A stretch of 64,000 bases of DNA from NCBI GenBank assembly GCA_030390025.1, contig JASTWF010000148.1, positions 62,001 to 126,000 on the forward strand, given 5' to 3'. Made by a program: the position numbers and the translations under genes. Under the pieces are notes generated by a model. That model was not told where the DNA came from. It worked only from the letters and a program-made list of their open reading frames with translations, and made no database searches. Positions within the stretch are counted from its first letter, which is position 1, and every line of letters starts with the position of its first letter. The stretch comes from Squalus acanthias (Eukaryota). Shown piece by piece: positions 1 through 13,654 of this stretch.

Positions 1-1314
1 ACAAACACGAATATAAATCTTCTTGCTGCATTAACATGATCGCTAACTCATAATGATCAGCGGAAAGTTATTCCCTTAGTGACTGTTTAAGATAATATGA
101 ATTGGCCATTTGAAGAATCTGCCTTTCGTTCGGGACAACAATTAAAATATTGATGCGGACGCCTAACTGAGGAATTATTTTACACAAAGTGTCGGCCAAA
201 TCTGATCTTGCGCATTATTAACAATAGAATCTGTGACATTACAATTTTTTAGGGAGATCGAAATAACCTTAACAGGTTTTCATGTTCATTGTCATTCAAG
301 TTTTGTTCGTTTTATTAATATATGGAATACAGATACAGGCCATGTCGGAAATGACCAAAACCCTGCCAATGTATAACTGACTAACAGTAAAATTAAACGC
401 ACAGCCAATGTCCCTTGATACACTATGAGCCACAGTCATTTCTGACAACAGAATAATATATTTGAACTGTCCTGGAATTTACATACATTTTGCAAAAAAA
501 GATATTTCAAGAGCAGAATTGGTAATTCAACCTTCCGTATTTGCGCCATATCTAATGTATCACGTGTTTCTTTAGAAATGTACATGATCACCTTGTCACT
601 ATTTCTACTGTCTCTTTCAAACCTTGGCTTGTAAGATATTCCGCTAGTATAATACATAATGAAGGGGCTGACTTACAGTTTAATGGACATCGGAACACAA
701 GAATATAGGAATCGCTAGACGGGAAAAGACCAAAGTGCATCTAATTGGCCTTGTACCATCCTGGGAGTCCCATGTTACATCGATAATGGAGTTGTTGACT
801 AATCACAGCGATCAATCTCTATCAATGAGTCTACAACAGACCCAGACATGAGGCGAGGAAAACCCCAGTGGTGGAGAGCTTTAGGAGCCATCGGACCAAA
901 GTTACCTCTTCCTCCCGAGCATTCTACACTTACCACACGTCATGTCTCAAATTACACACACACTGTGTCCCAAAATCTTATTCTATGAATGAAATCGGTC
1001 CAATTTGCATCTGAATGAGTCAACACTAACTGCTTCCACCGTCTCCCTAGGGAGCCTGTCCCATAGATTGACCGCTCACTGACTCAAATATTGTTTCAGC
1101 AGCTTGGATTTGAATTTACCCCCTTCAACCTGCACCCCAAAATAAGTGAACCTCTTATTTATCTCGTTTGTTGTTGGTGGGATCCTGCTCGGCGCAAAAT
1201 GCCGACCGTGTTTGCGTCGGAAGAACAGTAATTACTCTTCAAAATGCAATTCACCAATTTTAAAGCGCTCTGGAGGGCGCTGGAGACGTGAAACGAGCTG
1301 AACAAATGCACATT

Positions 1315-1500
1315 GGGGTAGATTTTCACTCTGTGGGACAGTGTAAAACCGGTGAGAGCGAGTCGGCAGCCCGGTTTACATCTCCCCCGATGTGTAGTTC
1401 CACTGATGTCAATGGAAATATTAATCAGCACAGATGTAAAACGGGCTGCCGATTCTCTATCACCCGGTTTACACTTTCGCACAAAGTGAAAATCTACCCC
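1315..1500. mobile_element. Palindromic MITE, PIF/Harbinger-like
   Basis: TIRs GGGGTAGATTTTCACT...AGTGAAAATCTACCCC with long internal inverted symmetry; 3-bp TSD ATT. Confidence 0.8.
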
Positions 1501-1542
1501 ATTCGTTCTTCTTCCTAAACATACGATCCGAAAAGCAGCCCC

Positions 1543-1581
1543 GGTTTTTGTACGGACTCTGTCGCTCCTTATTACACTGTG
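1543..1581 (-). other. 23-RSS
   Basis: CACAGTG - 23 nt - ACAAAAACC (perfect consensus). Confidence 0.95.
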
Positions 1582-2721
1582 TGTACGACACAGAAGTAGG
1601 TCGCGGTGTCTGTCAGAGGTAAGGCCGCGATAGTCAGGGAGCTGCGATTCTCCGAACTTCGACTGACGGCTGTGAATCGACCTTTATGTTCACCCTTTTC
1701 CGATGCCATTATCAACAGCTTTGGGCTCTGGTTTGGAGGCTGCACGTACCAGTATATCGCGGTGAACGGAGTGGTTGTGTGACAGTTCATCGATATGGTT
1801 TTCCATTCACTGGGAGTCTGTGACGGAAATGTTTGTTCAACTTCCTCTTTACCTGTGAAAAACAATGTTATTAATGGAGCAAAGCGGACAACACCAGTCA
1901 GTTCCAAAAGATATCTCAGGAATATAGCCGTTCCCGATTAGAGGGGATATTTTCTCCATTTCTAACGTATGGAATACGTTTAACATTTGAAACACCTCAA
2001 TATTTTTACACAAGGGAATACAACCCAAGTTTATGCAACCTGTCCTCATAATTTAATGTTCTATGCCCCGTTATCATTCTGGTGAATCTGCGCTGTAACC
2101 GCTCCAAGGCCAATCTATCCTTCCTGAGGTGCGGTGCCCAGATCTGAACGCAGTTCTCTAGATGCGGTCTAACCGGAGCTTTACACAATGGAAGTAGAAC
2201 TTTCAGCCCTTTGTATTCCAGCCCCCGCGAGATAAAGACCAACATTCCATTCGCCCCTTTGATTGCACTTTGTACACGTCTAGTTGCTTTTAATGATTTG
2301 TGTGCTTGGGCTCCTAATTCACTTTGCACCTCGACAATACCTAGTTTCTCACCATTTAGAAAATACTCCGATTTATCTTTCTTAGGTCAAGAGTGGATGT
2401 CCTCACCTTTGCCCACATTAACTTCAATATGCCCCAGTTTTGCCCACTCATTTAATCTATCAACTTCCTCCTTATATCTGCACTACTTACTTACTGGTCG
2501 TCCTAATTTAATGTCATCTACAAATTTGGATATACAACTCTCTGTTCCTTAATCCAAGTCATTAATAAATATGATAATAAATATCTGTACCCATCTCCAG
2601 GGACACAGTGTAATGTAAGTTGACACGAACTGTCGTTGTTAGCTCACACATTTAAAAACTTACATGTCATAAAGCTGACTGGAATAACAAGCATTAATAT
2701 CCATCTGAAAAACTCTTGCAT
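1582..2721 (-). CDS. TRAV: TCR alpha/delta V segment, apparently intact (leader 2721-2664, V exon 1852-1582)
   Basis: Leader MQEFFRWILMLVIPVSFMT|GTAAGT; V with MNC, IYWYVQ, GRF, DTATYFC; perfect 23-RSS; intron carries a CR1 fragment. Confidence 0.9.
1990..2560 (-). mobile_element. CR1/HER1 LINE fragment (RT C-terminus) in V intron
   Basis: RPHLENCVQIWAPHLRKD...QRRFTRMI motif. Confidence 0.88.
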
Positions 2722-3014
2722 CTTGTGTGCAGACAGCTTCGGTACAAATCCGATCAGAGTATTGTGGCAGGAATTACTGAGAAATGTTACGGGGTCAATG
2801 CCATTCAAATGATTCACTGGTTTATCTTGCCGGTAACAAAACACATGCACAACCTCGATCTGATTTGACATCATCATGCACTGGTCACGTGGGTCAGTTT
2901 CGTCATTTAGAAAAGGATCACCATTGGTGCAAAAATAAACGGCGTCATCATGTGCAGCCCAGACGTTATGATTGGCGGATTAACAGCCAAGATTTAACAC
3001 ATTCGCCGGATTAC

Positions 3015-3500
3015 AATAAGAGCATAAGAACATAAGAAGTAGGAGCAGGAGTAGGCCATTCGGCCCTTCGAGCCTGCTCCGCCATTCAATGAGATCATGG
3101 CTGATCTTCTGCCTCAACTCCATTCATCGGCCCTATCGCCATATCCCTTGATGCCCTTACTAGTCAGAAATCTATCGACTTCTGTTTTGAATATACCCAA
3201 TGACTGAGCCTCCACAGTCCTCTGGGGTACAGAATTCCAAAGATTCGCCACCCTCTGTGTGAAGAAATGTCTTCTCACCTCAGTCCTGAATGGCCTACCC
3301 TTTATCCTGAGGCTGTGGCCCCTGGTTCTATACTCCCCAGCCAAGGGAAACATTCTCCCAGCATCCATTCTATCAAGCCGTGTAATAATTTTGTATGCTT
3401 CAATGAGATCCCCTCTCATTCTTCTGAATTCAAGAGAATACAGGCCTAGTTTACTCAATCTCTTCTCATACGACAGTCCCGCCATCGCAGGAAGCAATCA
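3015..3500 (-). mobile_element. CR1/HER1 LINE 3' end
   Basis: LSYEKRL...EFRRMRGDLIE...FFTQRV; (TAAGAACA)n tail. Confidence 0.88.
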
Positions 3501-3699
3501 ATAATGGACTAACGTTTCCGTTAAATCCAATGGGCAAAGGAACGTTTTATCGACAAGTTGCTCATTGATGTGCGAATATCGCAGCAGCAATTACTAAGGG
3601 TTGTTTGATTCCTAGCAGTTCGGTTTCTTTGTATTTCACTTTTTCATCTATAATCTTAGAAAACATCACTGATTCGAAACATGAACAATAATTTGTGGG

Positions 3700-5190
3700 G
3701 GGTGGGGCGGGGTTGTGGGGCTGGGGAAGATTACAGAGAGAGGGATCAGAATTTTAATATCGAGTTGTTGCTTAACCGGGAGCCAATGTAGGTCAGCGAG
3801 CACAGGGGTGATGGCTTAACGGGACTTGGTGCGAGTTACGACACGGGCGGCCGAGATTTGGATGACCTCAAGTTTCCGTAGGGTAGAGTGTGGGAGGCCG
3901 GCCAGAAGTGCGTTGGAATAGTCATGTCTAGAAGTAACAATGACATGGATGATGGTTTCAGCAGCAGATGAGCTGAGGCAGGGGTGGAGACGGGCGGTGT
4001 TACAGAGGTGGAAATAGACGGTCTTAGTTATGGTGTGGATATGTGGTCGGAAGCTCATTTCACGGTCAAATATGAAACCGAGGTTGTGAACAGTGTGGTT
4101 CAGCCTCAGACAGTGGCCAGGGAGAGGAATAGAGGCGATGGCTAGGGAACAGAGTTTGTAGCAGGGACCAAAATCAATGGCTTTGGTCTTCCCAATATTT
4201 ATTTGGAGAACATTTCTGCTCATCCAGAACTGGATGTCAGACAAGCAGTCTGACAATTTATAGAATGTGGAGGGGTCGAGAGAAGTGGTGGTGAGGTAGA
4301 ACTGGGTCTCATCAGCGTACATGTGGAAACTGACGCTGTGTTTTCGAATGATATCGCCGAGGGGCAGCATGTAGATAAGAAATAGGAATGTGCCAAGGAT
4401 TGATCCTTGGGGGACACCAGAGGTAACGATGCGGGAGCAGGAAGAGAAGCCATTGCAGATGATGCTCTGGTTACGATTAGATAGATAAGAATGGAGCCAG
4501 GCGAGTGCAGTCCCACCCAGCTGGACGACGGTGGAGAGGCGTTGAAGAAGGATGGAGTGGTCAACCGTGTCAAAGGCTGCAGACAGGTCGAGAATGACGA
4601 GAAGGGATATTTTCGCCAGTCACAAAGGATGTCATTTGTGACTTTGATGAGAGCCGTTTTGGTACAGTGGCAGGGGCGGAAGCTTGATTGGAGGGATTCA
4701 AACATCGAGTTGAGGGGAAAATGGGTACGGATTTGGGAGGCGACAACACGTTCAAGGAATTTGTAGAATAAATGGCGGTTGGAGATGGGGCGGTAGTTTG
4801 CAAGGTCAGAGGGTTCAACGGTTGTTTTTTTAAGGAGAAGACTGATGACGACAGATTTGAAGGAGAGGGGACAGCACCTGAGGAGAGAGAACCGTTAACA
4901 ATATCAGGTAACATGGAAGCCAGAAAAGGAAGTTGGGTGTTCAGCAGTTTGGTGAGAATAGGGTCGAGGAAGCAGGAAGAGGGTCTCATGGACAAGATGA
5001 GCGCAAAGGGGTCATGAGGGGAGATCGGAGAGAAACTGGAGCAAGATTCAAGTTCATGGCTAGGGCAGCGGGGAACCTTAGAGGAAGTTTGGCCCTGTGG
5101 GCTAGGGGAAGGAAGGGAAATGGCAGAGGCAGCTGATCGGATGGTTTCAATCTTAGAGACAAAGAAGTTCATGAGCTCCTCACACTTGTG
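3700..5190 (-). mobile_element. L2 LINE fragment (degenerate RT)
   Basis: SFHMYADETQ RT motif, SRHDYSNALLAG; homologous to 47345-48925. Confidence 0.87.
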
Positions 5191-5315
5191 AGACAAGTCT
5201 CCATTATGAATATCTACATAAGAATTTATAGTAGAAATGTTGACACAGCAATTACAGGAAAACGTCAAAAATGTAATATTTGACTAGCTGGTCTTCGTGG
5301 TGTTGTAGATAGAGA

Positions 5316-5504
5316 ATGACACCCGTTGCCTGCAATTCCTGTGCCATGTGGGAACTCCAGGACGCTCCATGTGACCTGGATCACCGCGTGTGCAGGAAGT
5401 GCCTCCAGTTGCTCGAAGTCGAGCTCAGGAATTTTGAGATTGAAGGGCGGCTGGAATCACTGCAGGGCAGACGGCAGGCTGACAATTTCCTGGAGCACGT
5501 ATAG
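5316..5504 (+). mobile_element. CR1 ORF1 N-terminal zinc-finger/leucine-zipper fragment
   Basis: CxSCxMWE...CRKC followed by heptad leucines. Confidence 0.7.
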
Positions 5505-5539
5505 GGCATAATTTCAACGGTTATAAGGGGCATAATTTC

Positions 5540-7590
5540 AAATTTTGCAGATGATAGGAAACTCGGAAACGTTGTAAACAATGAGGTGGCTAGTGACGGA
5601 CTTCAGAAGGCCATAGACATACTGGTGATATGACAGATACATTGGAAATTAAATTTAACTCAGAGAAGTGTGAAGTGATACATTTTGGTAGGAAGAATGA
5701 GGAGAGGCAAATGATTGTTAGATTCGAATTTGGAGAAACCTCAGACGGAGACGGAATTGAGGACAAGTTCAGAATTTATTAAAACAAACAAAAGACTTGT
5801 TCACTAGGCAGAGCCACTCAGCTTCCTCAGGCTAGGGGTGCACTCTCTAAGAACAATTAACGGTTCATTCAAGTTATACACTTCTATAAGCACCGCCCAC
5901 TTACTACAGAATGGGGCGTACATGTACAAACAGTGTCACTACAGTTAATCCCTCTTGGTTATGTGGTTAGTCACTCAACTGTCGGGTCCTCCCCTTGAAC
6001 TCGGATACCCCCTGACCATGCCAGTCAGAGATGTTGGTTGTCTCATCCTACTCCCCACATTCCTGCTATTATCTCTTCCCCTTTGTAGGCTTAGTTTATA
6101 GTTTGTAAAAACATATTTTATCCTTAACTGTCGAACAAGCAGAATGGCTACAAGGCCGTAATGGCCTATGTGCCCAGTGACTGGAACAGTGTTGGTTGTT
6201 AATTGTACCCTTATCTCTTGGGAGACCAGGTTCGAATTTAGATGTATCCAGTGACTGGAACAGTGTTGCTTGTTAATTTCACCCTTATCTCCTGGGAGGC
6301 CAGGCTGTGTTTAGACAATGGCTCTACTGAGGCTGTGAATACACACATTCCGAAGTTTGATAAGTGAAGTGGCATCTTGCAGTCTGCAAATGTGCTTCAG
6401 TCAGCTAAACCTACTCTATGGGTAAATAGAGGGTTAACATAGTCAAGTATCCTAGAATTCATTGGGAACAAGCTGGACCTTTCATGGTACAATTTTAAAG
6501 GGGGTGCAAGAACAAAGGGACCTGGGGGTGTAGGCACACAAATCTTTGAAGGTGGCAGGATAAGTTGAGAAGAATGGTTAAAAAGCATATGGCTCCTTGG
6601 ATTTATTAATAGAGGAACGGAGTACAAAAACAAGGAAGTAATGCTAAACCTTTATAAAACACTGGTTAGGACTTCTGGCTTGGGTTCCTTAGCTTTATTA
6701 ATACAGGATAAGTGGTCGGCTATTTAGGACTGAGATGACGAGAAATTTCTTCACTCAGAGGTTTGTGAATCTTTAGAATTCTCTTGCCCAGAGGGCTGCA
6801 GATGCTCGGTCGTTGAATATATTCAATACTGAGATGGATAGATTTTTGGGCGCTAAGGGAATCAAAGGATACGGCGGGAAACGGGAGTTGATGGGGAAGT
6901 TCAGCCATGATCTTACTGAATGGTGGAGCAGGCTCGAGGGGCGGTATGGCCTACTCTTGCTCCTATTTCTTATTTCTTACGTTCTTATGAATAGAGTTTA
7001 AAATCAAAGCAAGTCATGCTAAACTTTATAAAACACTGGTTAGGCCTCAGCTGGAGTATTGTGTTCAATTCTGGGCACCGCACTTTAGGAAGGACCTCAA
7101 GGCCTTGGAGAGGGTGCAGAAAATATTTACTAGAATTGATCCAGGGACGACGGACGTCGGTTATGTAAAGAGATTGGAGAAGCTGGGGTTGTTCTCCTTA
7201 GAGCAGAGAAGGTTAAAAGGAGATTTGATAGAGGTGTTCAAAATCAAGAAAGGTTTTGATAGAGCAAATAAGGGGAAACTGTTTCCAATGGCAGAAGGGT
7301 TGGTAACCAGAGGACTCAGATTTAAAGTGATTGGCAAAAGAACCAGAGGTGACATAAGAAAAGTTTTTTCACACAACGAGTTGTTGTGATCTGGAATGCA
7401 CTGCATGAAAGTGTGGTGGAAGCAGATTCAACAGTAACATTCGAAAGGGAATTGGATACATACTTGAAAACAAATTACAGGGCTGTGGGTAAAGAGCAGG
7501 GCAGTGGGAGTAATTGGATATCTCTACCAAAGAGCCGGCACAGGCACGATAGACTGTATGGCCTCCTTCTGTGCTGTATCATTCTATGAT
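5540..7590 (+). mobile_element. Composite of CR1/HER1 fragments, interrupted by a solo LTR
   Basis: KCEVIHFG, RRLKGDLIEVFK motifs and CR1 3' tails. Confidence 0.8.
5716..6484 (-). mobile_element. Solo LTR (ERV1-like) nested in CR1
   Basis: Minus strand begins TGAAAG and ends CA; AATAAA near the 3' end; internal ~55-bp direct repeat (6175-6305); near-perfect 4-bp TSD TGAT/TGGT; CR1 resumes on both sides. Confidence 0.7.
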
Positions 7591-7829
7591 TTTTAGAAGC
7601 AAGTGAATTATTTAGGTTTATTTTCCCTCATTTGTGTGTTGATGAGAGTGAAGGGTGTGGGTGTGAGATTGGGCTGAACTAGGGACGGTTCTGTAGGCCC
7701 ATGCTCAGTAGTAGAGCTGTCTTTCATCGCGCCAGCTCGGGATGAATTTACATCCGGGGTTTAGTTTAAACAATTGGAGGGAACTTTCCTCAAACAGCGA
7801 TATTTGTGACATAATCCGTGGGGCGAGGT

Positions 7830-8725
7830 GGCAGAGACAGAGCATGATAGAGCTTCCTCTGGAGCTGGCTTCTATACTGGGGGAGGAGGAGGCAAAGACA
7901 GAGCATTATAGAGCTTCCTCTGGAGTTGTCTTCTACACTGGGGAGGAGGCAGAGACAGAGCATGATAGAGCTTCCTCTGGAGCTGGCTTCTATACTGGGG
8001 GAGGAGGAGGCAGAGACAGAGCATGATAGAGCTTCCTCTGGAGCTGGCTTCTATACTGGGGGAGGAGGAGGGAGAGACAGAGCATTATAGAGCTTCCTCT
8101 GGAGCTGGCTTCTATACTGGGGGAGGAGGAGGCAAAGACAGAGCATTATAGAGCTTCCTCTGGAGCTGTCTTCTACACTGGGGAGGAGGCAGAGACAGAG
8201 CATGATAGAGCTTCCTCTGTAGCTGGCTTCTACACTGGGGGAGGAGGAGGGAGAGACAGAGCATTATAGTGCATCCTCTGGAGCTGGCTTCTATACTGGG
8301 GGAGGAGGAGGCAGAGACAGAGCATTATAGAGCTTCCTCTGGAGCTGTCTTCTACACTGGGGAGGAGGCAGAGACAGAGCATGATAGAGCTTCCTCTGGA
8401 GCTGGCTTCTATACTGGGGGAGGAGGAGGGAGAGACAGAGCATTATAGAGCTTCCTCTGGAGCCGGCTTCTACACTGGGGGAGGAGGAGGGAGAGACAGA
8501 GCATGATAGAGCTTCCTCTGGAGCTGGCTTCTATACTGGGGGAGGAGGAGGCAAAGACAGAGCATTATAGAGCTTCCTCTGGAGCTGTCTTCTACACTGG
8601 GGAGGAGGCAGAGACAGAGCATGATCGAGCTTCCTCTGGAGCTGGCTTCTATACTGGGGGAGGAGGAGGGAGAGACAGAGCATTATAGAGCTCCCACTGG
8701 AGCTGGCTTCTACACTGGGGAGGAG
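7830..8725 (+). repeat. Minisatellite, ~15 copies of a 57-60 bp unit
   Basis: Unit GAGACAGAGCATKATAGAGCTTCCTCTGGAGCTGGCTTCTATACTGGGGGAGGAGGAGGC with a recurring shorter variant. Confidence 0.95.
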
Positions 8726-10264
8726 ATCAATGAGATTCAATGGACTGAATCTTTGATCTTTGAAATTTAAAATTTTTCAGTTTAAAATTCGAAACAATGT
8801 CTTTAACTCGATATGTGAACCTATTCTTTTTCTTACCGGAACTAAATATTTAAGAGGTGGAAGAATTGTTTTGTTCTGTAGTTCCCAGAGGCACTGGAAT
8901 TCAAAGTTAAAGTTTAGCAATTACTGCCTGGACAGAAAGCATCGCCTGGGTGACAAACAGAGAGGGAAATCTGCAGGGGGTGGGGGAATAACACGCCTAT
9001 AATGAGCCACCCTCCCCAGATTTTCCTCCCATTATTTGGAATGTAAGGACATTCCCGGGCTCCGCTCTCAGTGAGTGGCCTTCTCGACCTGAATTTCCTG
9101 CTCTTTTTCGTTGCTTAAAGTAGAAGTGAAATGATGACGTGTGCGAGATGTTCCCTCTGGTTGCCTTTTCTGATACATGACAGACATGGGAAATATTTCC
9201 TTTTATCGATATAATCTGATGTTAAGGAACGGATCTTCTTACTAATAAGTTTATACATTATTCCACAAGTTAGTAGGGTTCAAAGGCATTGATTGGCAAT
9301 CATGGAAATTAAGCAGACATAGATACCTATTATTAATAAAAATTACACATATACTTAAGAGAGCAATTAGGGTAATACGAGTTACCGGAGATTCACCAGT
9401 TATTGATCTCGAGCTCGAGGGGAACGGCTGATCCGGATTCGTCAATTTCTGAAGTACTTGTCCTAACTCCCACTTTTAAAACCTTTCTTTGCACCCAGCT
9501 ACGTGTCACATGTTCCATCGCACACCTCGGTCAGTTAGCAGCATAAACTTCAGTTTAACAATAATCATTCCCCAAGCTTTCACCTTTACTGAACTGTCAA
9601 TAAAGTCATTCACCTGGAGACAGTTACAGAGAACAGAGGCGCCCAACAGGGACGTTCCACACGCCTTACACAGATGTCCTCGGTGGAGTCACTATCTGGA
9701 GTTAGAGCTCGGCGAGCTGATGGTCAACACATATCTATAGAGATGTCGCCTATCTCACTGCTGAGAGATCGATGGTGTTCGACGCAGCCGCCTAACAAAG
9801 AAAGTCTGATTTTGTCTCTGCTGAGCTTCCTAAGGTTGTCTCTGCCTGGAATTCCTTTTAATTTAAACTAGCGAACTGCGCATGGCTCACAGAAACTCAC
9901 TTAACAGACAAAAGCTTAAAGTTAATATAAATAAATTAATATAGAACGAACCGTTTCGCTGCATGAACATATTTTTACCATTTCGCTAGAAATAACTCAC
10001 AAGACATCTTAATTGCATGTTTGTATCTCTAACAGGAAAGGAAATCGAACCCGATCCTTTCTACGGGTCACCTGCAGCTGTTGGTTTGAAAAAAAGAAAG
10101 ACTTGCATTTCTATAGCGCCTTTCATAACCACCGGACGTCTGAAAGCGCTTTACAGGCAACGAAGTACTTTTGAAGTGAAGTCACTGTTGTAATGGCGAA
10201 AACGCGGCAGCCAATTTGCTCTCAGCAAGCTCCCCAAACAGCAATGTGATAATGACCAGATAAT

Positions 10265-11006
10265 GGCCCAGAAATTGATCTCGCTCTGTTCCCGCGGGGG
10301 TAAGGCTTCCCCGCGTTCTCTCACTCCGCGTGTGCTTTTTCAGATCCAGCTCGCACGAACTTGATGTTCCAGACATCAGCTGTGCAGTGCTTGCGTATCC
10401 CACCGGCGTAGTGAATTCGTGCGCGCTGTGGGATCACGTGACTCAGTTAGAGCCAATGGCAGCACACCATCTTCCATTCATAAGTTTCACATCCGTGCTT
10501 TGAAATCTATGAATCTTACACCCCCCCAAAATAACAGCTAAACCTCAATTAAATTAAAAAAAAGCCATCACATTAATAAATTAAGTATAGTTAAATAAAT
10601 TAACCATTTTATATAAAAAATTAAATTTTTGAAATTTTTTTAAATCTTTTAAAAAGTTATAAAAATAAACTTACCTGTCTTTAAAGTCTCTAAAAAAGAT
10701 ATACCTGTTAAAAAAAATTCAAAAAAATACTTAATTCACTACTTACCTTGTTAAAAGTGGGTCTTACTCCTCCTTTTTCCATTTCTAAAATCTTCCGTAC
10801 TTACCTGCGCGTCCAAAGCACGAAGTGCACAGCGTGCGCGCAGCCTGTAGCGCGCACGCAATGCACCGAGGAACCGCCCCCTTTTCAAAAGACCAAGTGC
10901 CGGTTTTCAGCGCATGCGCAGGGCATGCAGAAAACCGGCAATTGGAGAGAGAATACGCGAGAGTACGCAGTGCGTACTCTCGCGCAGCGGGATGAATTTT
11001 TGGCCC
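10265..11006. mobile_element. Harbinger-like non-autonomous DNA transposon (~740 bp) inserted in a Deu-type SINE
   Basis: Imperfect TIRs GGCCCAGAAATTGATCTCGCT / GGGCCAAAAATTCATCCCGCT; TSD AAT; the flanking SINE resumes after the insertion. Confidence 0.82.
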
Positions 11007-11201
11007 AATTTTTGTTATGTTGGTTGAGGGATAAATATTGTGGAGGTTTGAAGGCGATTTGCAGTCAAAATGTTTCTGGGTCGCTGTAATATCTTCTCCC
11101 TGTGACCCTCACACCACATCGTGAGCCGAGCACTGCTTCCTCTCACTGCCAGTCTGCACAGCCCCGAATAGGGATGATGTCCAGGGCACAAAGGCCCCGC
11201 T

Positions 11202-11240
11202 AGTTTTTGTACGAGGGTCCAACTGGTTCCCACCGCTGTG
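11202..11240 (-). other. 23-RSS
   Basis: CACAGCG - 23 nt - ACAAAAACT. Confidence 0.93.
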
Positions 11241-11676
11241 AGAGTCAGCGCGCAGTAATACGTGGCGGAGTCAGCAGGCCACAGTTTGGAGACGGTTAAG
11301 GTGAAGGCGGCATTCGAGGCGTCCAGCGCAGAGGAGAAACGGCTGCGAGCAAAGTCCGCTTTAATTTGGTAACCGCCTGAAAACCTGCGAACTAGAAGCT
11401 CCGGTTCTCTGCCGGGGTGTTGACGGGACCACAGTAAGCTGTAGGAACTCTTGGTGGTGAAATAGACACAGTCTAAAGTTACAATGTTTCCTTCTGACCT
11501 CCTCACTGTGGGAGGCCGCTGTCTGACAGAGATTTCCTGGCTCAGACCTGAATTAAATGCAAACCAACCTCAAAAACTAAACCATTTTTAAATTCACATT
11601 TGATCCAAAATCGCGACCCAGAATAATTACCTGTAATAAGTGCTCCAAACACAGCACAGATAGCGATTAACCGCAT
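11241..11676 (-). CDS. TRAV: TCR alpha/delta V segment, intact (leader 11676-11631, V exon 11547-11241)
   Basis: Leader MRLIAICAVFGALIT|GTAATT; V with EGNIVTLDC, WSRQHP, RFS, DSATYYCAL. Confidence 0.92.
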
Positions 11677-13654
11677 TGCTGCACCGCCGTGTGTTTATTA
11701 ACTTTGTAACCTCTGGAAACTGCCACGAGTTGGACGCTGAAATAACCCGCACTGAGGGTCGGTTGTCCCGCTCCAGTGACCCCGCGGATGTGCCGTGAGG
11801 TTCAGTCTTTGGGTTAAAGCACGGCCGGCAGTCTCCAGCCAATGACAAAGTAAATATTCCAACCGCACAAACCGCAACCACTCATAGTCCAAACAGGACA
11901 AGCATTTTATTCAGAGGGAAAGAGCGAATGGTTCCAAGGCATCAATTTACAATATCGTAGTTCGCTCTCCGTGTGTGAGTGTGAACTTGCTGACATCGCG
12001 AACACCGCTCCAAAATATGAATTTCAAATTAGCTTATTTAAAATTTGAACATTAAATTTCATTAATTTATTCTGTATCAAATGTCGTATCATTGAATGTA
12101 GCAGAAAGTAGTAACTTGGAGGAAATATTTGTGTAAATATTTAACCTTTCCTTCTTAGTGTTAAGTCCATGCGAGGCACCGGGATTTTTAGGGTCCTGGA
12201 TGAATTTCACAACAAATTAAACAAGGGAATAACGGGGTTTCCCCTGTAGATAATTGCATTACATTTTCAGTTTGCCACCTGCTGATCAGGACGGATTTTG
12301 TATCTCTGTGGCATTTACCTGCGAAATTATTTCCACAGTGAATGAAACGCCCCTTTCACCGTGATAAAGTTTCGCTGAGCAAACATTCACCGTTAACATG
12401 TTTTTAACCGTTGAGGTTATGTTGAAACCATTTAGCGAGGTCGAGCTTACTGCTGCTGCAACCTGGGGTGACAGTTGCGGTCTAAGGTGCGTCAGCACGA
12501 TACAGGTGCACTTCCGGTTCCAACGGCAGCTTCTGATCTCCAACTGACTCGAGAGAGAAATGGGACTCAATGGAGAATAGAGCAATTCTCGGCTGATGAT
12601 GATGATGATGACGATTATGCATAATAGATGACCCAGAAACTGCACAACACTGGTGACGCCACATTTCAAGCACAGAGCTCATTTTTGGTGACCTAATTAT
12701 AAAGAGAATATTGAAACCACGGAAAAAACGTAAAGTAGAATCATTAAGATTGAACCAGACAAGCGACAGAGTTCTGATGACTCATAGAGATAGAGTCATA
12801 ACGGCAAAGAAGGATGCCATTCGGCCCATCGAGTCCGTGCCGGCTCTCTGCAGAGCAATCCAGTCAGTCCCATTCCCCCTCTCTATCCCCGTAGCCCTGC
12901 AAGTTTATTCCCTCAAGTGCCGATCCAGTCTCCCCTTGAAAACATTGAGTGTCTCCGCTTCCACCACTTCCTTCGGCAGCGAATTCCAGGTCCTCACCAC
13001 TCGCTGTGTGAAAAAGTTTTCCCTCACATCCCCCCTGTATCTCTTGTCCAAAACCTTAAATCTGTGTCCCCCTAGTCCGTGTACCATCAACTATTGGTAA
13101 CAGCCTTTCCCCGTCTAGCCTATCCAAACCCGTCGTAATCTTGCACAACTCTATCAAATCACCCCGCAACCTCCTTTGCTCCAATTAAAACAGATCCAGC
13201 TTCTCCAACCTGTCCTTGTAGCTAAGATCCCCATCCCCGGAACCATTCTGGTAAATCTCCTCTGCACCCTGTCAATGGCCTTCACATCCTTCCTAAAGTG
13301 TGGTGACCAGAATTGGACGCAATACTCCAGTTGTGGCCTCACCAGCACTTTATAAATGTTCAGCATAACTTCTCTACTTTTGTACTCAATACCTCTATTT
13401 ATGAAGCCCAAGATCCCATTTGCTTTGTTCACCACTCTCTCAATATGTCCTGCCACCTTCAGGGATCTATGCACATTAACTCCCAGGTCCCTCTATCACT
13501 GCACACACTTTAAAACTGTGCCATTAAGTGTATATTGCCTCTCCCTGTTCCTTCTGCCGAAATGCAGCACCTTACACTTCTCTGTATTATATTCCATGTG
13601 CCACTTGTCTGCCCATTCTGCTAGCTTTTCTATGTCCTGTTGCAGTCGATTAGT

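Noticed and set aside
7830-8725. Regular repeats resembling a CRISPR array
   Set aside because: No unique spacers, eukaryotic context; plain minisatellite
12480-12700. Possible V relic on minus strand (VLKC...LEI...LY)
   Set aside because: No Trp motif, second Cys or RSS
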